The notes: generated from the sequence alone by a model not told the origin. 64,000 nt of DNA from an uncultured Kofleriaceae bacterium (GCA_964617845.1 CAZUAR010000026.1:42821-106820); one strand, 5' to 3'. Positions 39,149 to 51,158 are shown, counted from the first letter of the stretch. A program made the numbers and translations.

Positions 39149-42148
39149 ATGAAGAGGAGACTCGGGGTTGGAGTCGGGCTTGCTGTCGTGGTGCTGGCCG
39201 TCTTGCTGTGGCGCTGCCGCGGCGAATCGACGGGCGAGCACTCGGCCGCGAAGCCCACGTCATCGGATCACGCGTCGAGCTCCAGCGGCGCCGGTGCGAT
39301 CGGCGTGACGCCGAAGAAGAAGATCGATCCGCGCACGCAACCCAAGGGATCGATCTCCGGCACGATCCGCGACACGAGCAAGCGACCGATCGCGAACGCG
39401 ACCGTCTGCATGTCGCTCTACTCGGAGGAGCTCCCGCCCGACTTCTGGGCCGAGTCGCCGTGCATGACCGCCGATGCGAACGGCGTCTATGAATGGAAGG
39501 ATCTGTTCTCGGCACGCTACGAGGTGATGGCCGGTGCGCGCGGCTATCGCTTCGCCACGCACTATCCCACCGGTCCGCGCGAGAAGACGACGTTCAAGCT
39601 CGAGCCCGGCGAGCACAAGAAGAACGTCGACGTGATTCTTCACGCCGGCGGCGTCGAGATCAGCGGCGTCGTCAACGACATCAGCGGCGGGCCGATCGCG
39701 CATGCACGCGTGCGCGCGTCGATGGGCTCCTGGGGCGAAGGTGGAACGTCGCCGGCGACGGAGACCGACGAGAAGGGCGCGTTCACGCTGTGGGTGCCGC
39801 CGGGCGGCCTCCAGGTGTCGGCGAGCGCCGATGGCTACGCGAGCGGCTCGCAGCGCGGGCGTGCGCCGGGCACGTTCGAGGTGCTGCTCACGCCGGAGAG
39901 CTCGCTCTCGGGAATCGTGATCGACGCGCGCACGGAGAAGCCGATCGAAGGCGCGGACGTCAACCTCGAGCGGACGGAGTGGGAAGGCATGCTCGACTCC
40001 TCGCGGAAGCGCACCGACGAGAAGGGCGCGTTCCGCATCGATGGCTTGTCGCCGGGCCGCTACGTCGCCGTCGTCCACGGCGAGAAGGGCTACGGCCGCT
40101 CCGAGGGCTCGACGCTCGTCGGCCTCGGCCAGCACGTCACCGGCGTCGTCGTGCGCGTGCATCCCACGGCGCGGATCATCGGCAAGGTCGTGATCGGCGC
40201 GACGAAGGAGGTATGCAAGGAAGGCGGCGTGTGGATGCACGACGAGGATCACGACCGCTGGATCGGCGGGCGCGCGGACGAGGACGGGACCATCACACTG
40301 CACGGGGCGGCCGGCACGTACACCGTGCGAGTGTGGTGCGCGAAGAAGCTGGCGCGCGACGAGTACGACAAGATCGTCGTCGCCGACAAGGATCTCACCG
40401 GACTGGTCTGGGAGGTCGACGAGGCGGCCGTGCTCGCCGGCAAGGTGACCACGAAGAGCGGCGCCCCCGTCGCCGACGCACGGGTGACAGCGCAGATCAC
40501 CGGCGGTGCGGCGCGCGCCAAGGAGGACTGGAAGAACGAGACCACCGACGTCGAGGGAGCGTACGAGATGCGCGGGCTCAAGTCCGCGACGTACAAGATC
40601 GAGGTGTCGAGCGAGGCCGGCGTCGCCGAGCGCGACGGCTACAAGGTCGAGACCAAGGCGGGGACCACGGTCACCAAGGACATCGTCCTCGACGACGGCG
40701 GCACGCTGACCGGCACCGTCGTCGACGAGCAAGGCAAGGCCGTCCCGAATGTCACGATCAACGCGACGGCGCTGACCGAGGACACCTCCATGTTCTTCGG
40801 CGACGCGCCGAACAAGTCCGACGCCTCGGGTGCGTTCACCATCATGGGCCTGCGCCCCGGCGACTACCGCGTGACCGCGTCGCGCGGCTGGTTCGAAGGC
40901 CTGCGCAAGCCGGGCACGAACGACGACGCGCGCCAGGGCGAGAAGACGAAGATCGAGGCCGGGAAGACCTCGACGGTGAAGCTCGTCGTCGAGTCGCAGT
41001 CGGGCTCGATCAAGGGCGTCGTCCTCGACGCCGAGGGCAATCCGGTCACCGACGCGTTCATCTCCAAGGCGCGCGAGTCCGACGCCGCCGGCGCGAACGC
41101 GTCGCGCGCGCACAGCACCCGCGCCTGGGGCTGGGGCGACACGAAGCCGGTGCTCACGGGCGTGGACGGCACGTTCGCGCTGACCGAGCTCGCGCCCGGC
41201 AAGTACACGCTGCGCGCCTATCGCAAGGGCGGCGGCGAGGCGCTGCTCGAGCACGTCGCCACCGGTACGACGAACGCGAAGCTGCAGATCAAGCCGACCG
41301 GGTCGATCGAGGGCACGGTGAAGATGGCGGGCGGCACCCTGCCCGACGAGATCCAGGTCAGCGTCGAGGACCTCAAGACCGGGTTCGAGCGCAGCGAGAA
41401 GTTCTACAAGACCGATGGTCACTTCGTCCTTCGCGATCTGCCGGCGGGACACTTTCATCTGGGGGCGAGCGCCGCGGGTGGCCAGGCGAAGATCGAGCTC
41501 GATCTCGCGAACGGCGAGACCAAGACGGGCGTGACGCTCACACTCGAGGAGCTGATCACGCTCACCGGCCGCGTCGTCGACTACGTGACGAAGGCGCCCG
41601 TCCCCGGGATCCGTGTCTTCGCGCAGATCGCGCAGGGCGGCGCGATCTCGTTCCGCTGGAACGACGACATGGACAACACGTCGGACGAGTCCGGGGCGTT
41701 CACGGTCAAGAAGGTCCCGCGCGGCAAGCTCGCGGTCCAGGGCATGGCCAAGGACTGGGGGGAGAGCGACTACACCTGGTTCCGCGTGGTCCGCGACGTG
41801 ACCGCGACGAAGGAGTCGACAGTCGACATCGGCGACGTCGGTGTGATCAAGAAGCGCATCAAGAACGGCGAGCCGTCCGGCGAGACGGGCCTGCACTTCA
41901 AGGAGCAGCCGCCCGACACGCCGCCCGAGAACCAGGAGATCCGCGTCAGCTTCATCGAGCCCGACGGCCCGGCCGCGAAGACCGACATCAAGGTCGGCGA
42001 CGTGATCGTCTCGGTCGACGGAGTCGACGTGAGTGGCGCGAACGGGATGCACGCGTGGACGCTGATGAACGCCCCGCCTGGCACGAAGCTCGTGCTCGGG
42101 CTCGCGCGCGGCGCATCGATCACCCTCACCCTCGCGCCGCCGTCATGA
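39149..42148 (+). CDS. large secreted/membrane-anchored protein with about nine carboxypeptidase-regulatory-like (CarboxypepD_reg) repeats and a C-terminal PDZ domain (paralogue A)
   Basis: N-terminal signal anchor. Repeated GxVxDxxGxPIxxAxV blocks (ISGTIRDTSKRPIANATV, ISGVVNDISGGPIAHARV, LSGIVIDARTEKPIEGADV...). C-terminal PDZ-like region (IRVSFIEPDGPAAKTDIKVGDVIVSVDGVDV). Start inferred at MKRRLGVGV. Confidence 0.75.
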   Translation: MKRRLGVGVGLAVVVLAVLLWRCRGESTGEHSAAKPTSSDHASSSSGAGAIGVTPKKKIDPRTQPKGSISGTIRDTSKRPIANATVCMSLYSEELPPDFWAESPCMTADANGVYEWKDLFSARYEVMAGARGYRFATHYPTGPREKTTFKLEPGEHKKNVDVILHAGGVEISGVVNDISGGPIAHARVRASMGSWGEGGTSPATETDEKGAFTLWVPPGGLQVSASADGYASGSQRGRAPGTFEVLLTPESSLSGIVIDARTEKPIEGADVNLERTEWEGMLDSSRKRTDEKGAFRIDGLSPGRYVAVVHGEKGYGRSEGSTLVGLGQHVTGVVVRVHPTARIIGKVVIGATKEVCKEGGVWMHDEDHDRWIGGRADEDGTITLHGAAGTYTVRVWCAKKLARDEYDKIVVADKDLTGLVWEVDEAAVLAGKVTTKSGAPVADARVTAQITGGAARAKEDWKNETTDVEGAYEMRGLKSATYKIEVSSEAGVAERDGYKVETKAGTTVTKDIVLDDGGTLTGTVVDEQGKAVPNVTINATALTEDTSMFFGDAPNKSDASGAFTIMGLRPGDYRVTASRGWFEGLRKPGTNDDARQGEKTKIEAGKTSTVKLVVESQSGSIKGVVLDAEGNPVTDAFISKARESDAAGANASRAHSTRAWGWGDTKPVLTGVDGTFALTELAPGKYTLRAYRKGGGEALLEHVATGTTNAKLQIKPTGSIEGTVKMAGGTLPDEIQVSVEDLKTGFERSEKFYKTDGHFVLRDLPAGHFHLGASAAGGQAKIELDLANGETKTGVTLTLEELITLTGRVVDYVTKAPVPGIRVFAQIAQGGAISFRWNDDMDNTSDESGAFTVKKVPRGKLAVQGMAKDWGESDYTWFRVVRDVTATKESTVDIGDVGVIKKRIKNGEPSGETGLHFKEQPPDTPPENQEIRVSFIEPDGPAAKTDIKVGDVIVSVDGVDVSGANGMHAWTLMNAPPGTKLVLGLARGASITLTLAPPS

Positions 42149-45105
42149 GGAAGCGCCTCCCGTGGATCCTCGCGCTCGCGGTCGCCGTGATCGCGGTCGT
42201 CGTCTGGCGCTGGCGGGCGAGCGCGAGCGATGACGTCCCGCCCACCCACGTCGCCGGCTCCGCACGTGGCTCGAGCACGAGCGACAAGCCGCGCGTCGTG
42301 CGCGCGACGCCGCGTCCGGATCCGAAGACGCTCGGCCGCGGCTCGCTCGCGGGTACGATCACCGTCGACGACGAATCCCGCGCTCCAATCGCGGGCGCGC
42401 AGGTCTGCGCGTACGGCACCTCGAACGTCCTCGCGACGGAGCTGCTCCGGCAGCCGACCTGCGTCACCACCGACGCGCAGGGACGCTACACGATGGCGAA
42501 CCTGCTACCGGCGCAGTACCGCGTGGGCGCGAACGCGAGGACGTATCGCCCTGCCGTGTTCCACCCGAACGGCAACCGCAAGCGCGACATCGTGTACCTC
42601 GCCGCGAACGAAGCGAAGACGGGCATCGATCTCGCGCTGCGCACCGGCGGCGTCGAGGTCACCGGCACGGTCCTCGATCTCACCGGCGGCGTGGTCGCGC
42701 ACGCGCGCGTATGGTCGGGCGAGCGCGGCGAGCGCGTGCTCGGCTCGACGGAGAGTGACGACAAGGGCCGGTTCTCGATGTGGGTCGCGCCCGACTACAC
42801 GACGATCCACGCGACCGCCGATGGCTACGACGACAGCGAGGAGTGGATCGATCCGCCGGCGAAGGACATCGAGCTGATCCTCACGCCCGAGTCCACGATC
42901 GGCGGCATCGTCATCGACGCCGCGAGCGAGCAGCCTGTCGAGGGCGCGCGCGTGCAGCTCGGCGAATGGAGCGGCGGCGACTACACGTTCAGCGACGCGG
43001 AGGGCAAGTTCCGCCTCGGCAAGCTGTCGCCGAGTCGCTACGTCATCATCGCGCGCACCGATCACGCGTACGGCCGCACCGAGGGCTCCACGCTCGTCGG
43101 GCTCGGGCAGAACGTCGACACCGTCGTCATCAAGCTGTTCCCCGCCGTGCGCGTGAGCGGCAAGGTGATGATCTCGACGACGAAGCAGCCCTGCGACGAA
43201 CCACAGGTGTACCTGCAGGACACCAAGGCCGAGCGCTACATCACGATGCGCGGCGAGCCCGACGGCACCGTGTCGGCGGAGGGCGTCCTGCCTGGCAGCT
43301 ACGAGCCGTCGGTCAGCTGCGAGGGCTACCAGACGCGCGACAAGTATGACCGCATCGAGATCACGACCGAGGACGTCAGCGGCGTCGTGTGGGAAGTCGA
43401 TGCCGGCGCGACGATCCGCGGCAAGGTGCTCGCGCGCTCCGGCACGCCGATCGAAGACGCTCGCATCTGGGCGCGCACCACCGGCGGCGCCGCGCGCGCG
43501 AAGACCGGCTGGGGCGGCGACGAGTCCGCGCGCGACGGCAGCTACGCGCTCGAGGGGCTCAAGCCCGGCACGTACACGCTCGAGGTCTCGAGCGATCGGG
43601 GCGCGCCGCCCAAGGACGGCTACAAGATCGACGTCGCCGCGGGCGCGACCGTCGAGAAGGACCTCGTGCTCGAGGACGTCGGCACGATCAAGGGCGTCGT
43701 CGTCGACGCGAACGGCGCACCGGTCACCAAGGTCAACGCGAGCGCGTACCTCGTCAGCGGTGGAGGGCGCGGCTGGGCGAACCGCGAGGTCGACGAGAAC
43801 GGCGCCTTCACCCTCGAGGGCCTGCGCCCCGGCGAGTATCGCGTGAACGCGCAGCGCGGCTGGAGCGACGCGCTCAAGAAACCCGGCCAGACCGACGACG
43901 CGAAGAAGGGCGAGAAGGTGCAGGTCAAGGCGAACCAGGTCACCACGACGCGCATCGTCGTCGAGGCGCTGTCCGGACAGATCCGCGGCACCGTGGTCGA
44001 CGGCGCGAACCAGCCGGTCACCGACGCGTACATCTCCGCGGTGCGCGAGTCCGACGCCGCGGGCGCGAAGGCATCGAACGTCAGCGAGTCGCGCTGGAAC
44101 TGGGACGAGAAGCCCGTGCTCACCGGCGTCGACGGTTCGTTCGTCGTCGAGAAGCTCGCACCCGGCAAGTACACCGTGCGCGCGTATCGCCGCGGTGGTG
44201 GCGAGGCGGTCGCCGAGCACGTCCCCGTGGACAGCACCACGAAGCTGCAGATCAAGCCGACCGGCTCGATCCGCGGCGTCGTCACGCTCGCGGCCGGCGA
44301 CAAGGCCTCGCTCGCGGAGCTCGAGATCACGATCGAGGATCGCAAGAACGGCTTCTGGCGCGGCGAGGGCTTCTACATGACCGAGGGCCGCTTCGTCATC
44401 GAGGACCTGCCGCAAGGCAACTTCGACGTCACGGCGAAGGTGCCGGGCGCGAGCAAGACCATCCAGATCGATCTGAGCGAGGGCCAGCAGAAGACCGGCG
44501 TCACGATCGAGCTCGAAGGCGCGACGACGCTGCGCGGCCGCCTCGTCGAGTACGGCACGCACAAGCCCGTCCCCGGGATCCGGATGATGGCGAGCCCGAT
44601 CATCGGCAACGGCGGGTTCGACAACTGGGGCCAGGACGACCAGCCGAACATCACCGACGATCGCGGCGAGTTCGTGATCGAACAGGCACCGCGCGGCCGC
44701 GTGTTCATCCGCGGCTATCCCAAGGACTGGAACGACAGCGAGTACACCTGGCTCAACCTCGTGCGCACGCCGGGCCCCGACGGCGACCTCGGCGAGCTGC
44801 CGATCTTCAAGCGTCGCGTGAAGAAGGGCGATCCGCGCGGCGAGCTCGGGATCAACTTCGTCGAGCAACCCGAGGACACGCTGCCCGACGATCGCGAGAT
44901 CAAGGTCAGCTGGATCGATCCGCAGGGCCCCGCCGCCAAGGTCGACATCAAGGTCGGCGACGTCGTGACGACGATCGACGGGATCGACGTCACCGGGGCG
45001 AACAACTACAGCTCGTGGGCGCTGCTCAGCGCGCTCCCCGGGACGAAGATCACGCTCGGTCTCCAGCGCGGCACCAGCGTCGCGATCGTCCTCGCACAGC
45101 CGTAG
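42145..45105 (+). CDS. paralogue B of the CarboxypepD_reg-repeat/PDZ secreted protein
   Basis: Same architecture and many shared blocks (RAYRKGGGEA, VPGIR, the C-terminal PDZ IKVSWIDPQGPAAKVDIKVGDVVTTIDGIDV). Start overlaps the paralogue A stop (ATGA). Confidence 0.75.
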   Translation: MRKRLPWILALAVAVIAVVVWRWRASASDDVPPTHVAGSARGSSTSDKPRVVRATPRPDPKTLGRGSLAGTITVDDESRAPIAGAQVCAYGTSNVLATELLRQPTCVTTDAQGRYTMANLLPAQYRVGANARTYRPAVFHPNGNRKRDIVYLAANEAKTGIDLALRTGGVEVTGTVLDLTGGVVAHARVWSGERGERVLGSTESDDKGRFSMWVAPDYTTIHATADGYDDSEEWIDPPAKDIELILTPESTIGGIVIDAASEQPVEGARVQLGEWSGGDYTFSDAEGKFRLGKLSPSRYVIIARTDHAYGRTEGSTLVGLGQNVDTVVIKLFPAVRVSGKVMISTTKQPCDEPQVYLQDTKAERYITMRGEPDGTVSAEGVLPGSYEPSVSCEGYQTRDKYDRIEITTEDVSGVVWEVDAGATIRGKVLARSGTPIEDARIWARTTGGAARAKTGWGGDESARDGSYALEGLKPGTYTLEVSSDRGAPPKDGYKIDVAAGATVEKDLVLEDVGTIKGVVVDANGAPVTKVNASAYLVSGGGRGWANREVDENGAFTLEGLRPGEYRVNAQRGWSDALKKPGQTDDAKKGEKVQVKANQVTTTRIVVEALSGQIRGTVVDGANQPVTDAYISAVRESDAAGAKASNVSESRWNWDEKPVLTGVDGSFVVEKLAPGKYTVRAYRRGGGEAVAEHVPVDSTTKLQIKPTGSIRGVVTLAAGDKASLAELEITIEDRKNGFWRGEGFYMTEGRFVIEDLPQGNFDVTAKVPGASKTIQIDLSEGQQKTGVTIELEGATTLRGRLVEYGTHKPVPGIRMMASPIIGNGGFDNWGQDDQPNITDDRGEFVIEQAPRGRVFIRGYPKDWNDSEYTWLNLVRTPGPDGDLGELPIFKRRVKKGDPRGELGINFVEQPEDTLPDDREIKVSWIDPQGPAAKVDIKVGDVVTTIDGIDVTGANNYSSWALLSALPGTKITLGLQRGTSVAIVLAQP

Positions 45106-45125
45106 TGCCGTGCGATGATGCGGTG

Positions 45126-46070
45126 ATGAGACTCGCCTGGTTCGCAGTCGTCGCGGTGTGGGGGTGCGGTGAGGTGAAGCCCAACAAGTTGCCGGACGCA
45201 CCGACCGGTGACGGTGCCACCCCAGACACGGCGATCGACGCGCCGGACGTCGACGCGCCGCCACCGCGGTGCGATCCCGGCAAGCCGTTCGGCGTGCCCG
45301 TCGAGATCACGGAGCTCAACTCCACCGCGAGCGACACGTCGGCCGCGCTCACGCCCGACGAGCTGACCATCACCTTCGCGAGTGCGCGCCCCGGCGGCCT
45401 CGGCGGGTTCGATGCGTACATCGCGACGCGCACGTCGAGGACGGCTCCGTGGGGCGCGCCGTCGCTGATCGCCGGCGTGAACACGCAGGGCAACGATTCG
45501 CGCCCGCACATGTCGGCCGATCAGCTGACGATGTACCTCGAGCACACCGTGTCGCTGAGCAGCGGCGAGTACAACATCGTGGCGGCGACGCGGACATCGA
45601 CCAGCAGCGCGTTCTCGACGCCCGTCGCCGTGGGGCCGGTCAACACGGCCAACCCCGATACGGCGCCGTATGTCCTGCCGGATCACTCGGCGATGTACCT
45701 CGTCAATAACCGCATGCTGTGGCGCGCGACGCGCACGGGCACGACGTGGAGCGCACCGACGGTCGTCGCGGGCACGAACCTGCAAGCCGGCGACTTCGAC
45801 TACCCGGCAGCGACGCCGGACGAGCTCACGATCTACTTCGCGTCGAGCCGCGGGCCCTCGCAAGGTAGCTTCGACATCTTCATGGCGACGCGCGCATCGG
45901 TGGTCGCCGGATTCGACGCGCCGGTCAACGTCGCCGCGTTGAGCTCGAACCGATCCGATTCGCCGGGATGGGTCTCCGCCGACAACTGCGTCATCTACTT
46001 CGCGCGTGATGTCGGCGCTGCAGGTGCGGGCGCGAACTACGATCTCTACCGCGCCGAGAAGCCGCTCTAG
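45126..46070 (+). CDS. lipoprotein with TolB-like PD40 beta-propeller repeats
   Basis: Lipobox VAVWGCG and repeated LTPDELTITFASARPGG...FDAYIATR / PDELTIYFASSRGPSQGSFDIFMATR PD40-type blades. Confidence 0.65.
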   Translation: MRLAWFAVVAVWGCGEVKPNKLPDAPTGDGATPDTAIDAPDVDAPPPRCDPGKPFGVPVEITELNSTASDTSAALTPDELTITFASARPGGLGGFDAYIATRTSRTAPWGAPSLIAGVNTQGNDSRPHMSADQLTMYLEHTVSLSSGEYNIVAATRTSTSSAFSTPVAVGPVNTANPDTAPYVLPDHSAMYLVNNRMLWRATRTGTTWSAPTVVAGTNLQAGDFDYPAATPDELTIYFASSRGPSQGSFDIFMATRASVVAGFDAPVNVAALSSNRSDSPGWVSADNCVIYFARDVGAAGAGANYDLYRAEKPL

Positions 46071-46092
46071 CAGCCCTCGCGAACGCGACCGG

Positions 46093-46665
46093 TCAGTTCA
46101 CGAGCGTCCAGATGAAGCCTTCGTTCGCTTTTCCGTAGGGGAACTCGCGGGTCAGGCGCATCTCCAGCGTGTTGCTCACCGGCTTCATCGCCGGGCAGAA
46201 CCATGCCTCGCGGCGCACGATCGGGTACTCGTCCGTCGACGGCTGCGTCAGCGTCAGCGCGCCGACCGCGGTGTTCGACAGAAAGCTCGCGTCGAGCAGC
46301 GTGCGCTCGCTCGCGACCTGGACCGCGTCCTGCGTGAACGTCTCGTGCTCCGGGAACACGGGCTCGCCGTTGATCGTCGGGCTCCACTCGCCGAACGGCG
46401 CGTCGTGCTTCGCGCCCGTGCGCATGACGAGGTGGACGCAGGTGACGCCGTCGGCGCGCTGGCCGAGCATCGCGACGTCGGTGACGAGCTCGGGCGACTG
46501 GCCCGGCACGGTCGCCTCGATCATGCCGTCGTCCCAGAGAAAGCGCGACGTCACGCGCGTGCGCTCGGGGATGTTGATGTCACTCGTGCGCACCGCGCGC
46601 TTCACCGGCTTGTAGGCGGGCGTGCACGCGGCGAACAGGACCACGACGAGGGCGAGGAGCTTCAT
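46093..46665 (-). CDS. hypothetical lipoprotein
   Basis: MKLLALVVVLFAAC lipobox; 190 aa; no family recognised. Confidence 0.55.
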   Translation of the reverse strand: MKLLALVVVLFAACTPAYKPVKRAVRTSDINIPERTRVTSRFLWDDGMIEATVPGQSPELVTDVAMLGQRADGVTCVHLVMRTGAKHDAPFGEWSPTINGEPVFPEHETFTQDAVQVASERTLLDASFLSNTAVGALTLTQPSTDEYPIVRREAWFCPAMKPVSNTLEMRLTREFPYGKANEGFIWTLVN

Positions 46666-46714
46666 GGGCGCGGGTCATAGAACGGCCCCCTCGCCCAGAC
46701 AACGACAATCTTGG

Positions 46715-47353
46715 CTACGCCGCGCGAGCTATCGTCGAGAGCTTTGCGGCCAGACCCTGCCGGTAGAAACGGCGCAGCTCGCCGAGCATCTCGGGAATAC
46801 GGCGCCGGGCCACGAACGTCTCCTCGAGCCACTCCGCGTAGCGGTTCGCGTTGTCGTTCGCGACGCGATAGCGATCCTGCTCGTCGTCATCGAGGTCGGG
46901 CTCGTACGCGGCGTCGTCGAACAAGCGGCGGCGCAGCGTCGCCGACATCTCGACCTCGGGCTCGGTGGTCAACAAGCACGTCACGTACTTGTCGACCTCG
47001 GCCTGCAGCTCGAGCTCGAGCTGGCTGACGCGCCGCTCGGCGCGCGCGCAGCAGACCGTATAGATGAAGTGCGAGACGCCCTCGATCGCGAGCAGGAAGT
47101 CGCCGAGGTTGTGATCGCCCAGGCGATGCGAAGGATCGTGCGAGTCGAGGTTCGCGATGATGTTCGGCTCGAGGTAGAGCGCGACGTTGAGCTCGCCATC
47201 GGCTTCCACGACGAGCAGCTGCTCGCGCGCGCGCCTCGCACGAACGAGCTCGTCGCGATACTCGGTGCCGACGACGAAGTCGCCGACGGCACAGCCGGTG
47301 TCCACGCGATACAGCGCTTCGAGACCGCGCTGTACGCGGCCGATCGTTCTCAC
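46715..47353 (-). CDS. hypothetical protein (212 aa), second gene of a 2-gene module
   Basis: Protein-like composition and codon usage. Start overlaps the stop of the upstream gene 47353..47922. Confidence 0.5.
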   Translation of the reverse strand: MRTIGRVQRGLEALYRVDTGCAVGDFVVGTEYRDELVRARRAREQLLVVEADGELNVALYLEPNIIANLDSHDPSHRLGDHNLGDFLLAIEGVSHFIYTVCCARAERRVSQLELELQAEVDKYVTCLLTTEPEVEMSATLRRRLFDDAAYEPDLDDDEQDRYRVANDNANRYAEWLEETFVARRRIPEMLGELRRFYRQGLAAKLSTIARAA

Positions 47354-47922
47354 TACTGGAAGCCCTTGCCAGGGTCGACGATCAGGCCGGCGGCCTTGAG
47401 CTTCTTTTCGATCCAGTCTTCGCGCGTGCGAAGCCAGACCTCGTAGAGCTTGCCGATGTCGGTGGAGCCGTTCAGCTCCGCGAGCGTCGTGCGCTTGCGA
47501 ACCTCGGCGAGCACGTCGACGAACCGCGGGAACTTGGCCGCGAGCTCCTCGTAGATCTTGCTGATCGACTTGCCCGCGCCGAACGAGCGCGCGAGCTGGA
47601 GATACGCGTTCTGGCCGAGGCCGATGTAGTAGTCCGCGTCGACCAGCGAGCGGTTGAGGGACTCCGCGAAGAAGCCCGCGACGTAGAGCGACGTGTCGCC
47701 GACCTGCTTGAGGTTTCGTACACGCTCCGCGGCGTCCGGAGTCGGTTGCGCGAGCTTGAGCCCGAGGGGCTCGTCGGTCAGGCGGGCCTTGGTGAAGTCA
47801 CCGAGGAGCCCGACCAGGTACCAGCTCGCAGGTTCGGAGGCATCGAGATCGACCGCCGAGAGGGCGTCGGTCACCACCTCGTGGAAGTACTCATCCACAG
47901 ATGCAGCCAACGTAACGTCCAT
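47353..47922 (-). CDS. hypothetical protein (189 aa), first gene of a 2-gene module divergent from groES
   Basis: Protein-like composition; no family recognised. Confidence 0.5.
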   Translation of the reverse strand: MDVTLAASVDEYFHEVVTDALSAVDLDASEPASWYLVGLLGDFTKARLTDEPLGLKLAQPTPDAAERVRNLKQVGDTSLYVAGFFAESLNRSLVDADYYIGLGQNAYLQLARSFGAGKSISKIYEELAAKFPRFVDVLAEVRKRTTLAELNGSTDIGKLYEVWLRTREDWIEKKLKAAGLIVDPGKGFQ

Positions 47923-48125
47923 GTTTCGATCTTCTGCCAGTTCGAGGCCAATGCAAGAACCCTACAAATGTTTGGGAGTTAGCGAGTCGCCGTCAGCGGT
48001 CGCCGCGGAAAACACCGGCGGGTTTGACGGGGGTGGGCCCCACCGCTCGGGGAGGCTCAACTCGCGAGGAAATTCGGTCGGGTAGCCCTTGCGCGAAATC
48101 GCCTCGGATCTTACGAAGGCGCCCG

Positions 48126-48152
48126 TTAGCAGTCGGCAGGGTCGAGTGCTAA
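48126..48152 (+). promoter_or_regulatory. CIRCE operator (HrcA-binding inverted repeat) upstream of groES
   Basis: TTAGCAGTC-ggcagggtc-GAGTGCTAA against consensus TTAGCACTC-N9-GAGTGCTAA, 70 bp upstream of the groES ATG. Confidence 0.8.
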
Positions 48153-48221
48153 CAAAGTTCGTCCGGGACACCCCGGATCCCCCCGAATCAAATCGGAAAC
48201 ACAGCGAGGAGTGCCCAAGTC

Positions 48222-50176
<1,955 letters not shown>

Positions 50177-50246
50177 TCCACGCGCTCTGCTCGTCGAAGA
50201 CGGCGTCCGTCGATCACGCGATCGCGGGCGCCGTTCTCGTTTTCGG

Positions 50247-50642
50247 CTACAGCGCTTTCTCGAGCTTCGCCTGCATCACGTCGGCATAGATGTAGCCGCT
50301 GCTCGACGAGCCGAAGTACGCCTTCCATGTGATGGTGCCGCCCTCGAAGGCGAAGCTCGTGTCCTCGGCCTTCGCAGGCGCGATCACGATCTTCTTCAGG
50401 GCGCCCTTGATCGCTTCCTTGCCGATATCGTCGACGGTGATCGATGCGAGCGCCTTCACGAGGTTGCCGAGCCCGTAGCTCTCGTTGGTGATGTACTGGA
50501 CGTCATCGAGGTTCTCGCTGAAGCCATCCCAGTCGATCTCGATCGCGCAGTCGAAGCCGAGCGTTCCGAAGACCTGCGACTTGAACGCCGGCTCGTCGGT
50601 CTTCTTTCGCTCCGCGGCCCACCGCTTTTCTGCCAAGCCCAT
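50247..50642 (-). CDS. hypothetical protein (131 aa)
   Basis: Protein-like ORF convergent with groEL; no family recognised. Confidence 0.5.
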   Translation of the reverse strand: MGLAEKRWAAERKKTDEPAFKSQVFGTLGFDCAIEIDWDGFSENLDDVQYITNESYGLGNLVKALASITVDDIGKEAIKGALKKIVIAPAKAEDTSFAFEGGTITWKAYFGSSSSGYIYADVMQAKLEKAL

Positions 50643-50702
50643 GTTCGTTGCCTTTCCCGAAGTCGTGCTTCGATGGACTTTTGAACGCGGGCGGCGCGAG
50701 CG

Positions 50703-51158
50703 TTATTGCAGATCGTCGGTGCAGTCGTGCTGCGCTTGCGCGCTCGCCTGCGTCTCGTGGCCGGTCGCCGGATCGCAGACGAAGTGCTCCGTGATGCACG
50801 CGTACGTCTGCTGGTTCGTCGCGGTGCGCTGCGCGTTGGGATCGTCGACGCGAATCACTTCCTTGAGGCACTGATCGCGCGCGGGCCCCTGCAAGTGCTC
50901 GCAGCACTGCTCCTGCACCTGCACGCCGCGCGCATACGTGTCGCTGCCTTTATTTCCTCCGCATGCAGCGATCACGCAAAGAAATGCGAATGCGGACAAC
51001 GCGATCCACCAGCGAGTAGGTGTGACTGAAGCGCGACGCTTGGGCGTGGTGCGCTGTTCACGGACCGCATCGGCGATCACCTGCTTTCCTTCGAGCAGCG
51101 CGTGCAAGTAGGCGTCATGCCGTACGTTCAACTTCCCCATTGCGCGGATGCGTCGCAA
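50703..51158 (-). CDS. Cys-rich putative lipoprotein (true start probably internal, before WWIALSAFAFLCVIAACGG)
   Basis: Internal lipobox-type signal peptide followed by a domain with about 8 Cys. Confidence 0.45.
   Translation of the reverse strand: MRRIRAMGKLNVRHDAYLHALLEGKQVIADAVREQRTTPKRRASVTPTRWWIALSAFAFLCVIAACGGNKGSDTYARGVQVQEQCCEHLQGPARDQCLKEVIRVDDPNAQRTATNQQTYACITEHFVCDPATGHETQASAQAQHDCTDDLQ

Noticed and set aside
47985-48015. Possible second CIRCE-like half-site (TTAGCGAGTC) further upstream of groES
   Set aside because: No matching inverted partner within 9-15 bp; only the 48126..48152 element is a full CIRCE.
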